NCBI GenBank assembly: GCA_038874595.1
Contig: JAVZCB010000001.1
Location: forward strand, 132,397-196,396
Length of the DNA: 64,000 bases
Direction: 5' to 3'
From: Candidatus Micrarchaeia archaeon
Lineage (GTDB): Archaea; Micrarchaeota; Micrarchaeia; CAILAH01
Shown here: one piece after another, positions 28,769-38,581 of the stretch
Layout of the letters: each line of letters starts with the position of its first letter
Position numbering within the stretch: the first letter of the stretch is position 1
Position numbers and translations under genes: made by a program
Notes under the pieces: model-generated
Databases searched by the model: none
Seen by the model: the letters and a program-made list of their open reading frames with translations, nothing else
Told to the model about the DNA's origin: nothing

Positions 28769-29845
28769 CTAACTACGTATACTGCAAGCGCGAGCATCAC
28801 TATCGCAGCAATCTCCACCACTAGCACAACAACCACAACCTGCAACGGAAGAAATTTGTGTTGGAGTAGACACTTTCTCACTGATAACCTTTGCAGGATA
28901 TGTTTTAAATACTTCAATTCCAAGGATCTGGTCTTTGTTTGCTATTCTATCATCATATTCAATATAGAACTTATTTGGAGAATCAAAACGCACATTGAGT
29001 ATGCCTTCAAGCCTCTTTAATTCGCTTGTTATAAGTGGTGCATGACCAGGGCAGGGAATAGATACTTCCAAGTATATTGACCTAAATTGCTGTTTGGAAG
29101 TTAGTGAGGTTGGTGCTGAAACTCTACTCTGTGCATTGGCAAATGTTGCTGTTGTAATTGGCTGTTGCACAGCTTGGATATTTGCAAGTATTGGAAATAT
29201 AAATAAGAACATTAAGAGATTAACTCCTACTGTGGTACCATACATTATTGCAAGATATTTCCACTTCTTTTTTGCACCCACCCACGAAAGCAAACCATTC
29301 TTGTGCAGGTACAATACAGATGAAACTGTCGCAAACCCAACTGAGATTAACAACAAAACATAAAAGAAGTGCTGGTTGAGCAATAGAGACTTAAAAAGAG
29401 ATGTCAGAAATGTAACTCCAAGTATTGAACCTATTATAAATGCAATGCAACCAATGTGCGGAATAAGCCCATATGTTATACCTTCTAGCAAGGGTGTGTT
29501 TTTTTCATTTGAATCGAGGTTTGCTTGTGTTTCTATCTTATCCGCGCCAATAGTGTATCCAAGAGATACTACAGTCTTTTTTATCACATCTATGGTTATA
29601 TACTGTGGATCAAAAGTTACCGTTGCTTTTTCATCTAAAAGATCTACGTTCACTGCCTTCACTCCCTCAAGACCTCTAATGGTATACTCTATCCTATCCA
29701 CACAACTCTTACAACGCATACCTTTTATCGAAAAGGTTTCCGTTTGCATGTTTTCGCTCATGGTTACAAATAAGCTGAAACTGCAGTTAAATATTTGTAA
29801 CAGAAAAATGAAACTGCATATATATTTCACTGAAACTAGTTTCAT
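28769..29845 (-). CDS. heavy-metal-associated (HMA) domain membrane protein with a Cys-rich C-terminus
   Basis: HMA1 GMRCKSC, ~4 TM helices, a second ferredoxin-like segment with CPGH, C-terminal GCGCCASGGDCCDSD. Start may be the internal MSENMQ. Confidence 0.5.
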   Translation of the reverse strand: MKLVSVKYICSFIFLLQIFNCSFSLFVTMSENMQTETFSIKGMRCKSCVDRIEYTIRGLEGVKAVNVDLLDEKATVTFDPQYITIDVIKKTVVSLGYTIGADKIETQANLDSNEKNTPLLEGITYGLIPHIGCIAFIIGSILGVTFLTSLFKSLLLNQHFFYVLLLISVGFATVSSVLYLHKNGLLSWVGAKKKWKYLAIMYGTTVGVNLLMFLFIFPILANIQAVQQPITTATFANAQSRVSAPTSLTSKQQFRSIYLEVSIPCPGHAPLITSELKRLEGILNVRFDSPNKFYIEYDDRIANKDQILGIEVFKTYPAKVISEKVSTPTQISSVAGCGCCASGGDCCDSDARACSIRS

Positions 29846-29849
29846 AATC

Positions 29850-30323
29850 TTACTTTCGGAGGAGGATCATGTTTGTCATTCCGCGCCTTCTTCTTTCAAT
29901 GAGACCTTTCCCCTCTAGCTTATCAAGCAGACGGGAAATACGCACCTTGCCAAACCCTGTCTTATCAACCAGTTCGGATTGGTAAATTGCACCATTTGAT
30001 TTAATAATTAGTTTAATTATCTCCTTTTCTTCACCAGAAAGTCTTGAATATAAGTCTTCCTGCTTGTTTGGTGCCGCAACATTAAATTCAGCTTTCTTTT
30101 TATCACTGAAAAAAATAAGATACAATCCAATTAAAATTATCACTACCATTATACCTAAACCTATGTTGGTCTGGAATTCTATTGTATCCCACATAGGGCA
30201 TGTAGGTCCATGTGTACATGATTGATTTACTATATCAGTTAATGCTGTGTTAAAAGAATATACAATATAACCTATAAGTATTGATATGAACACTATTAGA
30301 TATCCGATTGTTCGATTATCCAT
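29850..30323 (-). CDS. membrane-embedded winged-helix transcription regulator (putative metal sensor)
   Basis: TM1, loop CTHGPTCPMW, TM2, then a cytoplasmic wHTH ending GKGLIERRRRG. First gene of the copper operon. Confidence 0.5.
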   Translation of the reverse strand: MDNRTIGYLIVFISILIGYIVYSFNTALTDIVNQSCTHGPTCPMWDTIEFQTNIGLGIMVVIILIGLYLIFFSDKKKAEFNVAAPNKQEDLYSRLSGEEKEIIKLIIKSNGAIYQSELVDKTGFGKVRISRLLDKLEGKGLIERRRRGMTNMILLRK

Positions 30324-30379
30324 TTTGATCAGTATTTTTAGCCTTTATATGTTTTTATTGTTTATTTAGATCCCTTACA

Positions 30380-30399
30380 GGTGTCAATGAGTTGACACC
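30380..30399. promoter_or_regulatory. perfect palindrome GGTGTCAA-tgag-TTGACACC upstream of the copper operon
   Basis: 8-bp arms with a 4-nt spacer, 57-76 bp upstream of the regulator ATG. A TATA-like CATATAAA (minus sense) lies at 30344-30351. Confidence 0.35.
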
Positions 30400-30565
30400 G
30401 GACAGAGACTCACCTCTATTGTGATTAGAAGGTTATCTAAATATTATTTTCCTTAAGAGATTTTTGAGTATTTATATCGAACAACACCTATATAATAAAA
30501 TTTTGATATGTTGTTTCACAATTAATAGTTCTTTCTGAAGATAGAAGTTCTTTGATGAGAACTCT

Positions 30566-31207
30566 CTAGTAAACTTTAGCATTTTTAGTAGTAAGTGTTT
30601 CATGCCATAATTGTAGTGGTCTTACCTTTGAAACTTCTCTTTTAATGTGTGAAAAACACTTCTTTTCTTCGGCATTGAGATGGCCGCGTGTAAGGGTTAC
30701 CTGCCCCTTTCCCCTTGCCTTATTAAACGAAAACGTAAATCCAAACCCTATAAAGAAATCTCTCAAAAGACCATATTTTTCCTTGTCATATGTTTTACTT
30801 ATGGGATTATACCCTACATCCTCCCCAAAAATTTCCTCAACAATAAAAGCAAAATTGAATTTGTGCAATACATCAAGCATTTCCCTCATAAAATATGCAC
30901 CTTCCTGTGTACTAAACAGCTCTGGCCGCATATTAAAGTTAGGGTTTGGCGGGGAGTGGAATCCACACTTGTCTGATTTTACCAGAAGAATCCCAGCCTG
31001 TTTGCTTTCCATTGCCTCATCCCAGATTTCAACACTGAGCATTCTCCTTTCTTTTTTTGTGATTTTCCCAGTGTAGCTAAAATCTTTTGCGATTACAAGA
31101 TAATTCCTGCCACGGACATCTATTTTTTTAGGATAGCCGTCTGCAGGAACAGCATCAAGGTACGCAAAGAATTCCTCATTGGTTACTTCGTCACTACAGC
31201 TTCCCAT
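30566..31207 (-). CDS. hypothetical protein
   Basis: 213 aa; glycine-rich segment FIGFGFTFSFNKARGKG near the C-terminus; no confident assignment. Confidence 0.3.
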   Translation of the reverse strand: MGSCSDEVTNEEFFAYLDAVPADGYPKKIDVRGRNYLVIAKDFSYTGKITKKERRMLSVEIWDEAMESKQAGILLVKSDKCGFHSPPNPNFNMRPELFSTQEGAYFMREMLDVLHKFNFAFIVEEIFGEDVGYNPISKTYDKEKYGLLRDFFIGFGFTFSFNKARGKGQVTLTRGHLNAEEKKCFSHIKREVSKVRPLQLWHETLTTKNAKVY

Positions 31208-31291
31208 GTATGAATATAGATGTAAAAACTATATAAAAACGCTGAATTCTTCTAAGTAGGCTTATATTATTTGAATAGCCTTTATATCAAT

Positions 31292-31633
31292 ATGCGCTGG
31301 GTTCTAAGGTCAAAAATACACAATGCAACTGTGACAGAATCTAATCTTAACTACATTGGAAGTATCACAATTGATAAGGCGCTTATTGAAAAGGCTGGTT
31401 TTATCCCTGGAGAAAAGGTGACCGTTGCAAGCACAACTACAGGAGCACGGCTTGAAACCTATATAATAGAAGGAAAAAAGAATTCCGGTGTAATTGCAAT
31501 GAACGGCCCTGCAGCACATATAATAAAAGCAGGGGAACACGTCGTGATTATGGCGTTTGAGCTCGCTTCAAAGAAAATCAAGCCAAAAGTTATACTAGTT
31601 GATGAGCACAACCGTTTTTTGAGACAACTGTAA
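31292..31633 (+). CDS. panD: aspartate 1-decarboxylase, pyruvoyl-dependent (bacterial PanD type)
   Basis: LRSKIHNATVTESNLNYIGSITID (Gly-Ser self-cleavage site), ETYIIEG, NGPAAH. Start taken at MRWVL. Confidence 0.8.
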   Translation: MRWVLRSKIHNATVTESNLNYIGSITIDKALIEKAGFIPGEKVTVASTTTGARLETYIIEGKKNSGVIAMNGPAAHIIKAGEHVVIMAFELASKKIKPKVILVDEHNRFLRQL

Positions 31634-31643
31634 AAATGGCCTC

Positions 31644-32123
31644 TCATTTAAAGCCCACTAGCATGCTTCCCACACCAATGAACATAAGAAACAGTGCCAA
31701 TCCAGTACACACACCCTCATTAAAGGGTGATTCACTTTTGAATGCTGCCGCAGGCAATACATCATTAAGCTGTGCCTCACAATCGGCAATACACTTCTGG
31801 CGTTGTATGTTTGCATTTGACATTACATTATCAAGGCAGCACTTTTGTAATGAGTCCCAGCATACAGTTATACAAGTATCCCAGTTTGAGCTGTTGCACA
31901 TCTCCCTGCACGCATAGAAGTCTGAGGGGCATTTTTCTTTTGGGCTAACTACACTGTCAGGACATCGCATTGGTGATGTGTCTGCCACCCCCCAGTGTCC
32001 ATAATTTGCCTTTTGTGTTTCAATATAGTCGTAATATTCTGTTTGGCATTTTGCAGCACATTCATTAGCATAAGCTAAAGAGAATGAAACAACAACCAAC
32101 ATAAGAAAGAGCTGCCTTATCAC
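31644..32123 (-). CDS. secreted Cys-rich protein with a C-terminal TM anchor
   Basis: Signal peptide, 16 Cys, C-terminal hydrophobic segment GLALFLMFIGVGSMLVGF. Confidence 0.35.
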   Translation of the reverse strand: MIRQLFLMLVVVSFSLAYANECAAKCQTEYYDYIETQKANYGHWGVADTSPMRCPDSVVSPKEKCPSDFYACREMCNSSNWDTCITVCWDSLQKCCLDNVMSNANIQRQKCIADCEAQLNDVLPAAAFKSESPFNEGVCTGLALFLMFIGVGSMLVGFK

Positions 32124-32173
32124 GCTATAAAATTAGGTAGTAAAATTAATAACTATATATAAAACCAAACGGC

Positions 32174-32647
32174 TTATTCGTCCATTTTTTCTACAATTTT
32201 ACTTACCAATTCTTCTCTATCGCAATTTAGGCCGTATTTCTTAATTATCTCATCTGCTGCTCCGTAAAAAACGGATCCATTATGCAGCAAAAGATTGCGC
32301 TCTCCCTCTATATATCTCTGATGCAGCTTTTCCATTTCGGGAGTGATCTTAACATTAACCCCTACTAGATTGTTGTTTTTATCATAGCACATTATTGTTG
32401 CATAGTTGCCATCTTTGTTGCTAGTCAAAGATTGCTCTTTGGTGTTAGATAATGGATTTTCAGGATTGTTTTGGCACGCCGTTGTAACCATTAAAGACAT
32501 TAATGCAATAGCGGCACCAGTACGTGCTTTTCTTAGTATGCGTTTTACTATGCCTTCAGGAGCAGGTTTTTTTTGCATTATCACCTGCGAAAACGTATTT
32601 TTCTCTGGTTGGCCTTCATTATGCAAAGTGTTTTGTTTGTGATTCAT
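32174..32647 (-). CDS. hypothetical lipoprotein-like protein
   Basis: TM/signal segment ending TTAC (lipobox-like). Confidence 0.3.
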   Translation of the reverse strand: MNHKQNTLHNEGQPEKNTFSQVIMQKKPAPEGIVKRILRKARTGAAIALMSLMVTTACQNNPENPLSNTKEQSLTSNKDGNYATIMCYDKNNNLVGVNVKITPEMEKLHQRYIEGERNLLLHNGSVFYGAADEIIKKYGLNCDREELVSKIVEKMDE

Positions 32648-32702
32648 GAGGATATTTTATAAGAACACATATATATAATTTTCTTTTAAGCTGTTGTGAT
32701 TC

Positions 32703-33269
32703 TTGTGGTATAAAAAAGAAATCTTTATATATTACAAAAATAAGAATAAATACATGTCTGAGATGCAAAATCAATTGAAGCCCAAATATCTCAAGAAAAC
32801 TGTTGCGAGCGTGCAGGAATTCAAAAGAAAATTCCTTGAATTCGATAAGGATACTGCAAAAAAAGAGCTTGATAACATCAAAGAGATTTTTTATTATGAG
32901 AAAAAGGCAGCTGCAAGAAAGAGTGAACGGCTGTACAAAATAGAGAATATCTTAGAAACGATAGAAAAAAATTCATTTGAGAATTTTATATGTGCTTCAG
33001 TATGCCTTCTTGGCTATTATGGCTCTGCAGGATTTCTTGTTGGGTCGATTGTAAGTTATCTGAAGGGAGATGTTGATACTTTTAAGAATTTGTTTAAGAT
33101 AAGCGTTTTATTTGGTGGAGGGGCTACAGTTTTCTTAGGTGTATGCAGACTAATCGAGCAAGCCGCAAATTATTTAATAAGAAAGTGTACTGATAAAGAA
33201 TTGGAAATTTACGAGGAAATTCGCAGGACGGATAAAGAGATTCATAATATTGAGAAAGAAATCAAATAA
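32703..33269 (+). CDS. hypothetical membrane protein with coiled coil
   Basis: K/E-rich helices and two central TM segments. Confidence 0.3.
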   Translation: MWYKKEIFIYYKNKNKYMSEMQNQLKPKYLKKTVASVQEFKRKFLEFDKDTAKKELDNIKEIFYYEKKAAARKSERLYKIENILETIEKNSFENFICASVCLLGYYGSAGFLVGSIVSYLKGDVDTFKNLFKISVLFGGGATVFLGVCRLIEQAANYLIRKCTDKELEIYEEIRRTDKEIHNIEKEIK

Positions 33270-34082
33270 TTACATTATTTTTCGTATTTCTTCAATCCGC
33301 TTTTCAGCAGGCACTGATACCTTATAGAAATCCCAGAATATATCCTTTACAAATCGTATCCATATCGGGTCCTTTATTTCGTAATATATAGTTTTCTTAA
33401 GTGCTGCCGGCGTTTCAACAAGCCTTACCAACTTATCATCAACTATTGCGCCTCGGAGCGGCTGGTCAACGTGCCGTATATCTATTGCATCCATCCCAAA
33501 TTTTTTATTTAGCATAAGAAGCTGCTCAACCCGATTAAGGGACTTTGTATCTATCCGTCCAAGCATATGTATTGTTGTGCCTCTCTCAATCACATCAACA
33601 ATTGTTTTCATAACCTTTTTTCCTTTTTCGGTACTTTGTACCCACGAGAAATCTCCAGAGAATGAAAGGTATTCATTTTTGGCAAGTTGCAAGAGGTTAT
33701 TTATGTCTTCATGGCCTTTTTCTATAAATGTGGTCTCCTCAGCCTCCCAAAATGCCTTTTTCATTTTCTCATCAACATACTGATACAATTCGAACGGCGA
33801 AAAATCCGTTTTATTGTTAGCGTTCATAATTCTCTTATATAGAAATTTCATCAATTGGCCCTTGTTTTTTGCATCCGCAGTTATAAATACAATTTTTAGA
33901 CCTCCTCTTAAACCGTTTTTGAAGACATGTGTAGATATCGACCCATCTGTTTTACACAATTCATCAATGTATTTATCAGCCGTTTTCCATGAAACTTCTA
34001 ACGAGTTAGCGATTTCTATTATAGAATGCGGCCTTTGTGCCAGGAGTTGTTTTATTTTATCTATTTTATCCGGTGAGAGCAT
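33270..34082 (-). CDS. TrmB-like transcriptional regulator (N-terminal wHTH plus C-terminal sensor domain)
   Basis: N-terminal IIEIANSLEVSWKTADKYIDEL HTH; length and architecture fit TrmB. Confidence 0.4.
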   Translation of the reverse strand: MLSPDKIDKIKQLLAQRPHSIIEIANSLEVSWKTADKYIDELCKTDGSISTHVFKNGLRGGLKIVFITADAKNKGQLMKFLYKRIMNANNKTDFSPFELYQYVDEKMKKAFWEAEETTFIEKGHEDINNLLQLAKNEYLSFSGDFSWVQSTEKGKKVMKTIVDVIERGTTIHMLGRIDTKSLNRVEQLLMLNKKFGMDAIDIRHVDQPLRGAIVDDKLVRLVETPAALKKTIYYEIKDPIWIRFVKDIFWDFYKVSVPAEKRIEEIRKIM

Positions 34083-34147
34083 CAGTAAGACCTTTTAAAA
34101 TATGGCAGAGAATTTTAAAAACCAGCACATGATTTTGCAGTATCAAA

Positions 34148-34678
34148 ATGTTTTTAAGTATAATGACTACCAAAAAATTCGGTGAACCTATGAGTGAGAT
34201 TAAAAAGTATGTACAGGATCTAAGGTCTAAAAGTTTAAAGGACAGAGGAAGTGCCCTTGATTGGATAAACAAACATGCTAAACTAGTAGATTGTACTGTT
34301 GCGATTCCAGCGCTTATTGAATGCCTAAAAGATGACCATTTAAGTATACGCCATATGGCAAGAAAGGTGCTGATAGAATTAGGAAAACCTACTTTACCAC
34401 ATCTACTTGAAGCAATGAAATGCAATAATCACCATGCCAAATTCCAAGGAGGTATCATCATCAAAGCGCTTGCTGAAAAAGGTATTGATTGTTCAGTAGC
34501 CGTTCCTACACTCAAAGAGGCGTTAAAAGACGAAAGCGAGTATGTGCAGCTTGCCGCCCAGCTTGCACTTAAGGAGATTTATGCAAAGCAGATGTGCGCA
34601 AGGCCGGAAAAAGATAAGAAGTTCCCAGAAAAGAATCCCCCAGAAAAAACACCTCATAAGGACAGATCAAAAGTATAA
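34148..34678 (+). CDS. HEAT-repeat protein
   Basis: Repeated ~30-aa units (IPALIECLKDDHLSIRHMARKVLIELG ... VPTLKEALKDESEYVQLAAQLAL). Confidence 0.5.
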   Translation: MFLSIMTTKKFGEPMSEIKKYVQDLRSKSLKDRGSALDWINKHAKLVDCTVAIPALIECLKDDHLSIRHMARKVLIELGKPTLPHLLEAMKCNNHHAKFQGGIIIKALAEKGIDCSVAVPTLKEALKDESEYVQLAAQLALKEIYAKQMCARPEKDKKFPEKNPPEKTPHKDRSKV

Positions 34679-34765
34679 CTGCCTTTTTTTCCTTTTTTGA
34701 AGTATACGAAAGTTTTAATATTGTTCCCTCTTTAAACTACCATTGACATATAGAGAGTGGTATAA

Positions 34766-35104
34766 ATGGTTAAATTTCATGTTCGTGGCGGTCCAAAGCT
34801 GAGAAAGGCTTATGTTAAAATTAAGAGGGCAAAGACTGCGCGGTATGCATGCCCCGCCTGCTCAAAGCAATCTGTAAAAAGGGTATCTGTTGGCATGTGG
34901 GAGTGCAGGTCTTGTGGTTCGCAGTTTGCTGGTGGTGCATATGAGTTTTCAACACCCACAGGTAGGCTCTCACAACGTCTCATATCCGATTTGCGTAAAG
35001 GTATCCTTGGAAAGGAGGCCCTTAAGATGATAGAAGCAGAGATTGAAAAAGCAGAGGTTGAGACAAACACATTGGCGGATGTGGCGCCAGCCGATAAAGA
35101 GTAG
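34766..35104 (+). CDS. rpl37ae: ribosomal protein eL43 (L37Ae) with a C-terminal extension
   Basis: RYACPACSKQSVKRVSVGMWECRSCGSQFAGGAYEFSTPTG zinc-ribbon core. Confidence 0.8.
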   Translation: MVKFHVRGGPKLRKAYVKIKRAKTARYACPACSKQSVKRVSVGMWECRSCGSQFAGGAYEFSTPTGRLSQRLISDLRKGILGKEALKMIEAEIEKAEVETNTLADVAPADKE

Positions 35105-35112
35105 GTGGTTTG

Positions 35113-35244
35113 ATGTACAAATGCGTTAACTGCAATAATTTAATAGAGAAGATGGACCCGAGTTATGTAAGGTGCCCTTTCTGTGCATCGCGCATAGTGT
35201 TCAAGGCGCGACCGCCCGTAGCAAAGGAGACAAAGACTGATTAG
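35113..35244 (+). CDS. rpoP: DNA-directed RNA polymerase subunit P (Rpo12)
   Basis: 43-aa ORF MYKCVNCNNLIEKMDPSYVRCPFCASRIVFKARPPVAKETKTD with a CxxC...CxxC zinc ribbon. Below the ORF-track cutoff. Conserved position after eL43. Confidence 0.7.
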   Translation: MYKCVNCNNLIEKMDPSYVRCPFCASRIVFKARPPVAKETKTD

Positions 35245-35703
35245 ATGGCCCTGGTAACCACAAGCCGTAAAGCCGGTCCTGTGACCCGGCGCCTTGCACG
35301 CGTCCTGTCTTCTGTTTTTAGGTGCATTTACATTAATCGTGGGAAGAGCAGTTTTAATGCTGTGCTCACGCATGCGGAATCGCTTGGGTGCAAGCGGGTA
35401 GTTTTCATATATGAGAAGCATGGCAACCCAAATGAGATAAGGGCAGTGCATATTGGCGGCAAAAGCACATACAAGGAGGTAGGAAGTTTCATTTTCAATC
35501 CTATACAGATTATACGACCGCGCCGTTTTTTCCCATACCTCTCATATGACCGTTATGCAGCTAACTTTGTGCATCTTTTTCTTGAGCGTGGCGAATTGAA
35601 TAAGATGCAGGGGAAAGATGTTGTTGAGGTAACTCTTGAAAAAGGCGTGCTGAGTATATCCGTTAATGGAATAGTGATTGTAGCATTACGAAAGGCAAAT
35701 TAA
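35245..35703 (+). CDS. Brix-domain ribosome biogenesis protein
   Basis: MALVTTSRK start, ~150 aa, conserved eL43-rpoP-Brix order. Confidence 0.65.
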   Translation: MALVTTSRKAGPVTRRLARVLSSVFRCIYINRGKSSFNAVLTHAESLGCKRVVFIYEKHGNPNEIRAVHIGGKSTYKEVGSFIFNPIQIIRPRRFFPYLSYDRYAANFVHLFLERGELNKMQGKDVVEVTLEKGVLSISVNGIVIVALRKAN

Positions 35704-35718
35704 TCGCAAAATCCTCAA

Positions 35719-36093
35719 TTATTTTCTAATTCTTGGGCCGAATGTGCGCATAATAGGTGTACGCACCGAACCTGGTTTTTGCAGCTTATTACTATTTTTT
35801 GTAAGCATCTCCAGGCTCATTTTAAGACCGCTGGCGTGCACCACATTATAAATCGCAATAAGCACCACACAAACAACAAAATAAATAGCCCTCAAATGCA
35901 TATCTTCCTCTACAACCATAAATGCCATAACAATAAGAATCAAAAAAATGATGAGAAGATGTATCATGCTCAGAGCTCTCCTACTCTTCTCTTGACTTTT
36001 CTCTTCATTCTTTTTCTTCTTTTCTTTAGCCATTTCCAGCGCATCCTGCCTTTTTTCTTCCATTTTCTCGGTATTGCTCCCAAGCATTAACAC
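35719..36093 (-). CDS. small membrane protein, hypothetical
   Basis: K/E-rich N-terminus plus two TM helices. Confidence 0.3.
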   Translation of the reverse strand: MLMLGSNTEKMEEKRQDALEMAKEKKKKNEEKSQEKSRRALSMIHLLIIFLILIVMAFMVVEEDMHLRAIYFVVCVVLIAIYNVVHASGLKMSLEMLTKNSNKLQKPGSVRTPIMRTFGPRIRK

Positions 36094-36135
36094 CTCATAA
36101 AGTATTTCCTTAAAGAAGTGAAGATTTATATGTGC

Positions 36136-36711
36136 TTACTCAAACTTTACTTTTACTGCACTCCTTTCGCCTTCCTCTGCACGGAAGAACTCCTCTTTCT
36201 CAAACTTGAATATCCCAGCAAAGATATTACCCGGGAACTGCATTATTGCGTTGTTATAATCGTATACGGAATCATTATAGAACTGCCTTGAGTAAGCAAT
36301 CTTGCCTTCAATATCGCTCAGCTCCGCCTGCAGATGCTTAAAGTTTTCGCTTGCTTTCAGCTCAGGATATGCCTCTGCAACTGCAAACAAGCTCTTCAAT
36401 GCAGCTGCCATCATATTATCAGCTTGTGCAGTCTCCTTTGGGGTTTTTGCACCAAGGATAGCTGCCCTTGCTTTTGCAACATTTTCAAACACTCCTTTCT
36501 CGTGTTTTGCGTACCCCTTCACAGTTTCCACAAGGTTAGGCACAAGGTCAGCTCTTTTCTTTAACTGGACATCAATCTGCGCCCAAGCAGTTTTTACCCT
36601 GTTTCTTTTTACTATAAACGAATTATATAGGAAGATACCTGCCGCAAGCACAACAAGCGCTCCAAGGACAAGAATTATGAGGCATCCACCTCCTAATAGT
36701 GCAATATCCAT
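36136..36711 (-). CDS. lemA: LemA-family protein
   Basis: N-terminal TM then [29 protein letters not shown]. Confidence 0.75.
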   Translation of the reverse strand: MDIALLGGGCLIILVLGALVVLAAGIFLYNSFIVKRNRVKTAWAQIDVQLKKRADLVPNLVETVKGYAKHEKGVFENVAKARAAILGAKTPKETAQADNMMAAALKSLFAVAEAYPELKASENFKHLQAELSDIEGKIAYSRQFYNDSVYDYNNAIMQFPGNIFAGIFKFEKEEFFRAEEGERSAVKVKFE

Positions 36712-36785
36712 ACATCCCGCCTCGTTATTAAGTAATACACTATTTACTTATCTAGTTTTTTAAAGGTATATCTCTAATTCCTAAT

Positions 36786-37049
36786 ATGCAGGTTGGCAAA
36801 GAGGAGCTAAACGCAATTATCGCGGAATACATCTCTTCATACGGTGGAGAAATTGAGGCGCAGGTAGACAGCATCTCAAAAAGCCGTTTTACAGTCCATT
36901 TTTCAGGCAGGATATGCCGTGCGTGTGGTGTGGAGGACTTGTTTGATGGCTTGGCTTACGCGCTCAGATTGAGCGGGTTTCACATTCGTATGGAAAATTT
37001 TAAGGAAGAAAAAGGAGGGTATTCTGTAACATACATCTTGTATGATTGA
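36786..37049 (+). CDS. hypothetical small protein
   Basis: 87 aa, CRAC pair; no motif. Confidence 0.25.
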   Translation: MQVGKEELNAIIAEYISSYGGEIEAQVDSISKSRFTVHFSGRICRACGVEDLFDGLAYALRLSGFHIRMENFKEEKGGYSVTYILYD

Positions 37050-37093
37050 TTAGCAAAATGTAAAGTGCATCTTTTATGGTTAGCAAGTATCCA

Positions 37094-38518
37094 TTACTCG
37101 TAAAGTGCCTGCATCTTCCATCTGCCTTTTTTGATTGCAATCTCCGAAAGCTTTGCAGAATTTTTCTCGGCTTCTTGAATTTCTTTTAAAACGCGGCGCG
37201 GGCTCACATACCCCCACGTTTTAAGTGCTTGTGCAAGCTCTGGATGTGTTTTTGCATATTCTGGTGCAGGTATCCCTTTCATTACGGCATCTACTGCTTG
37301 CCTCATTGACATTGCACCTTTTCTGGTGCCCCCAGGGTGCCCGTGTACACCAGCACCTGCCTGCAGATTTGTATCTTTCCCATGGAGCGCCACCACAGCA
37401 TCAACCATAGCAGCATTCAAGCCCCCAGATGCGATGCTTAGCATTGGGTTAATACGAGGGACGAATTCCATCGCAAGCGAACCTAAATACATCTTCTCCT
37501 CAATTCTAAACTGGTCGGCAATTTCGTGCAACCGCTTTATCATAAGGGGTGAGCCCTCCATTTTACCGACACCCGTTCCTATGTGCAGCTGGTCAATTCC
37601 AAGCAGCCTGTAAAACTTTTCATACACCTGGAAATTAATACCGTAATTGCCTCTGTTTGCAGCAGCGTATCCAGCACGGTGCCCGTGTGTTGCAAACCCA
37701 TATTTCTTTGTTAGTTCAAGAATATCCTGCAGTGCACTCATTCCCATAACATATACATCCAGCATTACAAGCACGTTTCTCTGCAAGCCCATATCCTTAA
37801 GATAGTCAATACGCTCAACCATTCGCGAGTACCTGTCAGTGACATTACAGGAGTACAAATGGTTCTGGTTCGTCTCATTGCCAGCCTTCTCAATTGATCT
37901 AACAGTCTCGTGCAGCCTGTCTTTCCACTTGCAGAAATCCTGGTCTACAAGGTTCTCATCATCTTTTACTAAGTCTATCCCGCCAGCATATGCTTCGTAT
38001 GCAACACGTGCCCATTCTTTTGCAGTTAATCCCACCTTCGGCTTCACAATGGTTCCTATATGAGGTCTTCTGCTTTTTAATGTCCCAGCAAGCTTTCTTA
38101 TGCCATCCAGGCCGTGGATAGGCCCTGTAAATTGCCTTTGGAACTCTATGGGAAAGGATACATCAAATATGTACAACTCCTCAAGCTCTTTAAGGCCAAA
38201 AATGTTACCAAAAACAGATGCCATAAACTGCATTATGTTCTTTTTATCAAAATGCTCAAGTGGGTATGCAATTTTAATAAATCCGCTCTTTTTGTCAACC
38301 TTACCAATCCAAAATACACGTGCACGGTAGTGCTTCCACACGAAATCATTCATTGTCTTAAGCTTGGTCCAGGAACCCACACTGCTTTCTGCCGCGATTG
38401 CCTCGGCAATTTTTTCAATGCTTACCTTGCCCTTTGCCCACATCAGAACAATGAAATCATTATCTTTGTCAGGGACATACTTGTAATCTATATAATCATA
38501 CCCCCCATATGCCATCAC
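37094..38518 (-). CDS. rbcL: ribulose-1,5-bisphosphate carboxylase large subunit, form III
   Basis: GIDLVKDDENL, GTIVKPKVGLTAKE (carbamylated-Lys region), HGHRAGYAA. 474 aa with a ~30-aa C-terminal tail. Candidate TATA (ATAAATA on plus) at 38551-38557. Confidence 0.9.
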   Translation of the reverse strand: MMAYGGYDYIDYKYVPDKDNDFIVLMWAKGKVSIEKIAEAIAAESSVGSWTKLKTMNDFVWKHYRARVFWIGKVDKKSGFIKIAYPLEHFDKKNIMQFMASVFGNIFGLKELEELYIFDVSFPIEFQRQFTGPIHGLDGIRKLAGTLKSRRPHIGTIVKPKVGLTAKEWARVAYEAYAGGIDLVKDDENLVDQDFCKWKDRLHETVRSIEKAGNETNQNHLYSCNVTDRYSRMVERIDYLKDMGLQRNVLVMLDVYVMGMSALQDILELTKKYGFATHGHRAGYAAANRGNYGINFQVYEKFYRLLGIDQLHIGTGVGKMEGSPLMIKRLHEIADQFRIEEKMYLGSLAMEFVPRINPMLSIASGGLNAAMVDAVVALHGKDTNLQAGAGVHGHPGGTRKGAMSMRQAVDAVMKGIPAPEYAKTHPELAQALKTWGYVSPRRVLKEIQEAEKNSAKLSEIAIKKGRWKMQALYE

Positions 38519-38581
38519 AACACCCTGCTTCTAATCGATAAGAAAGCATAAATATGTATTGCCTTATAGCCCATTACCAGC

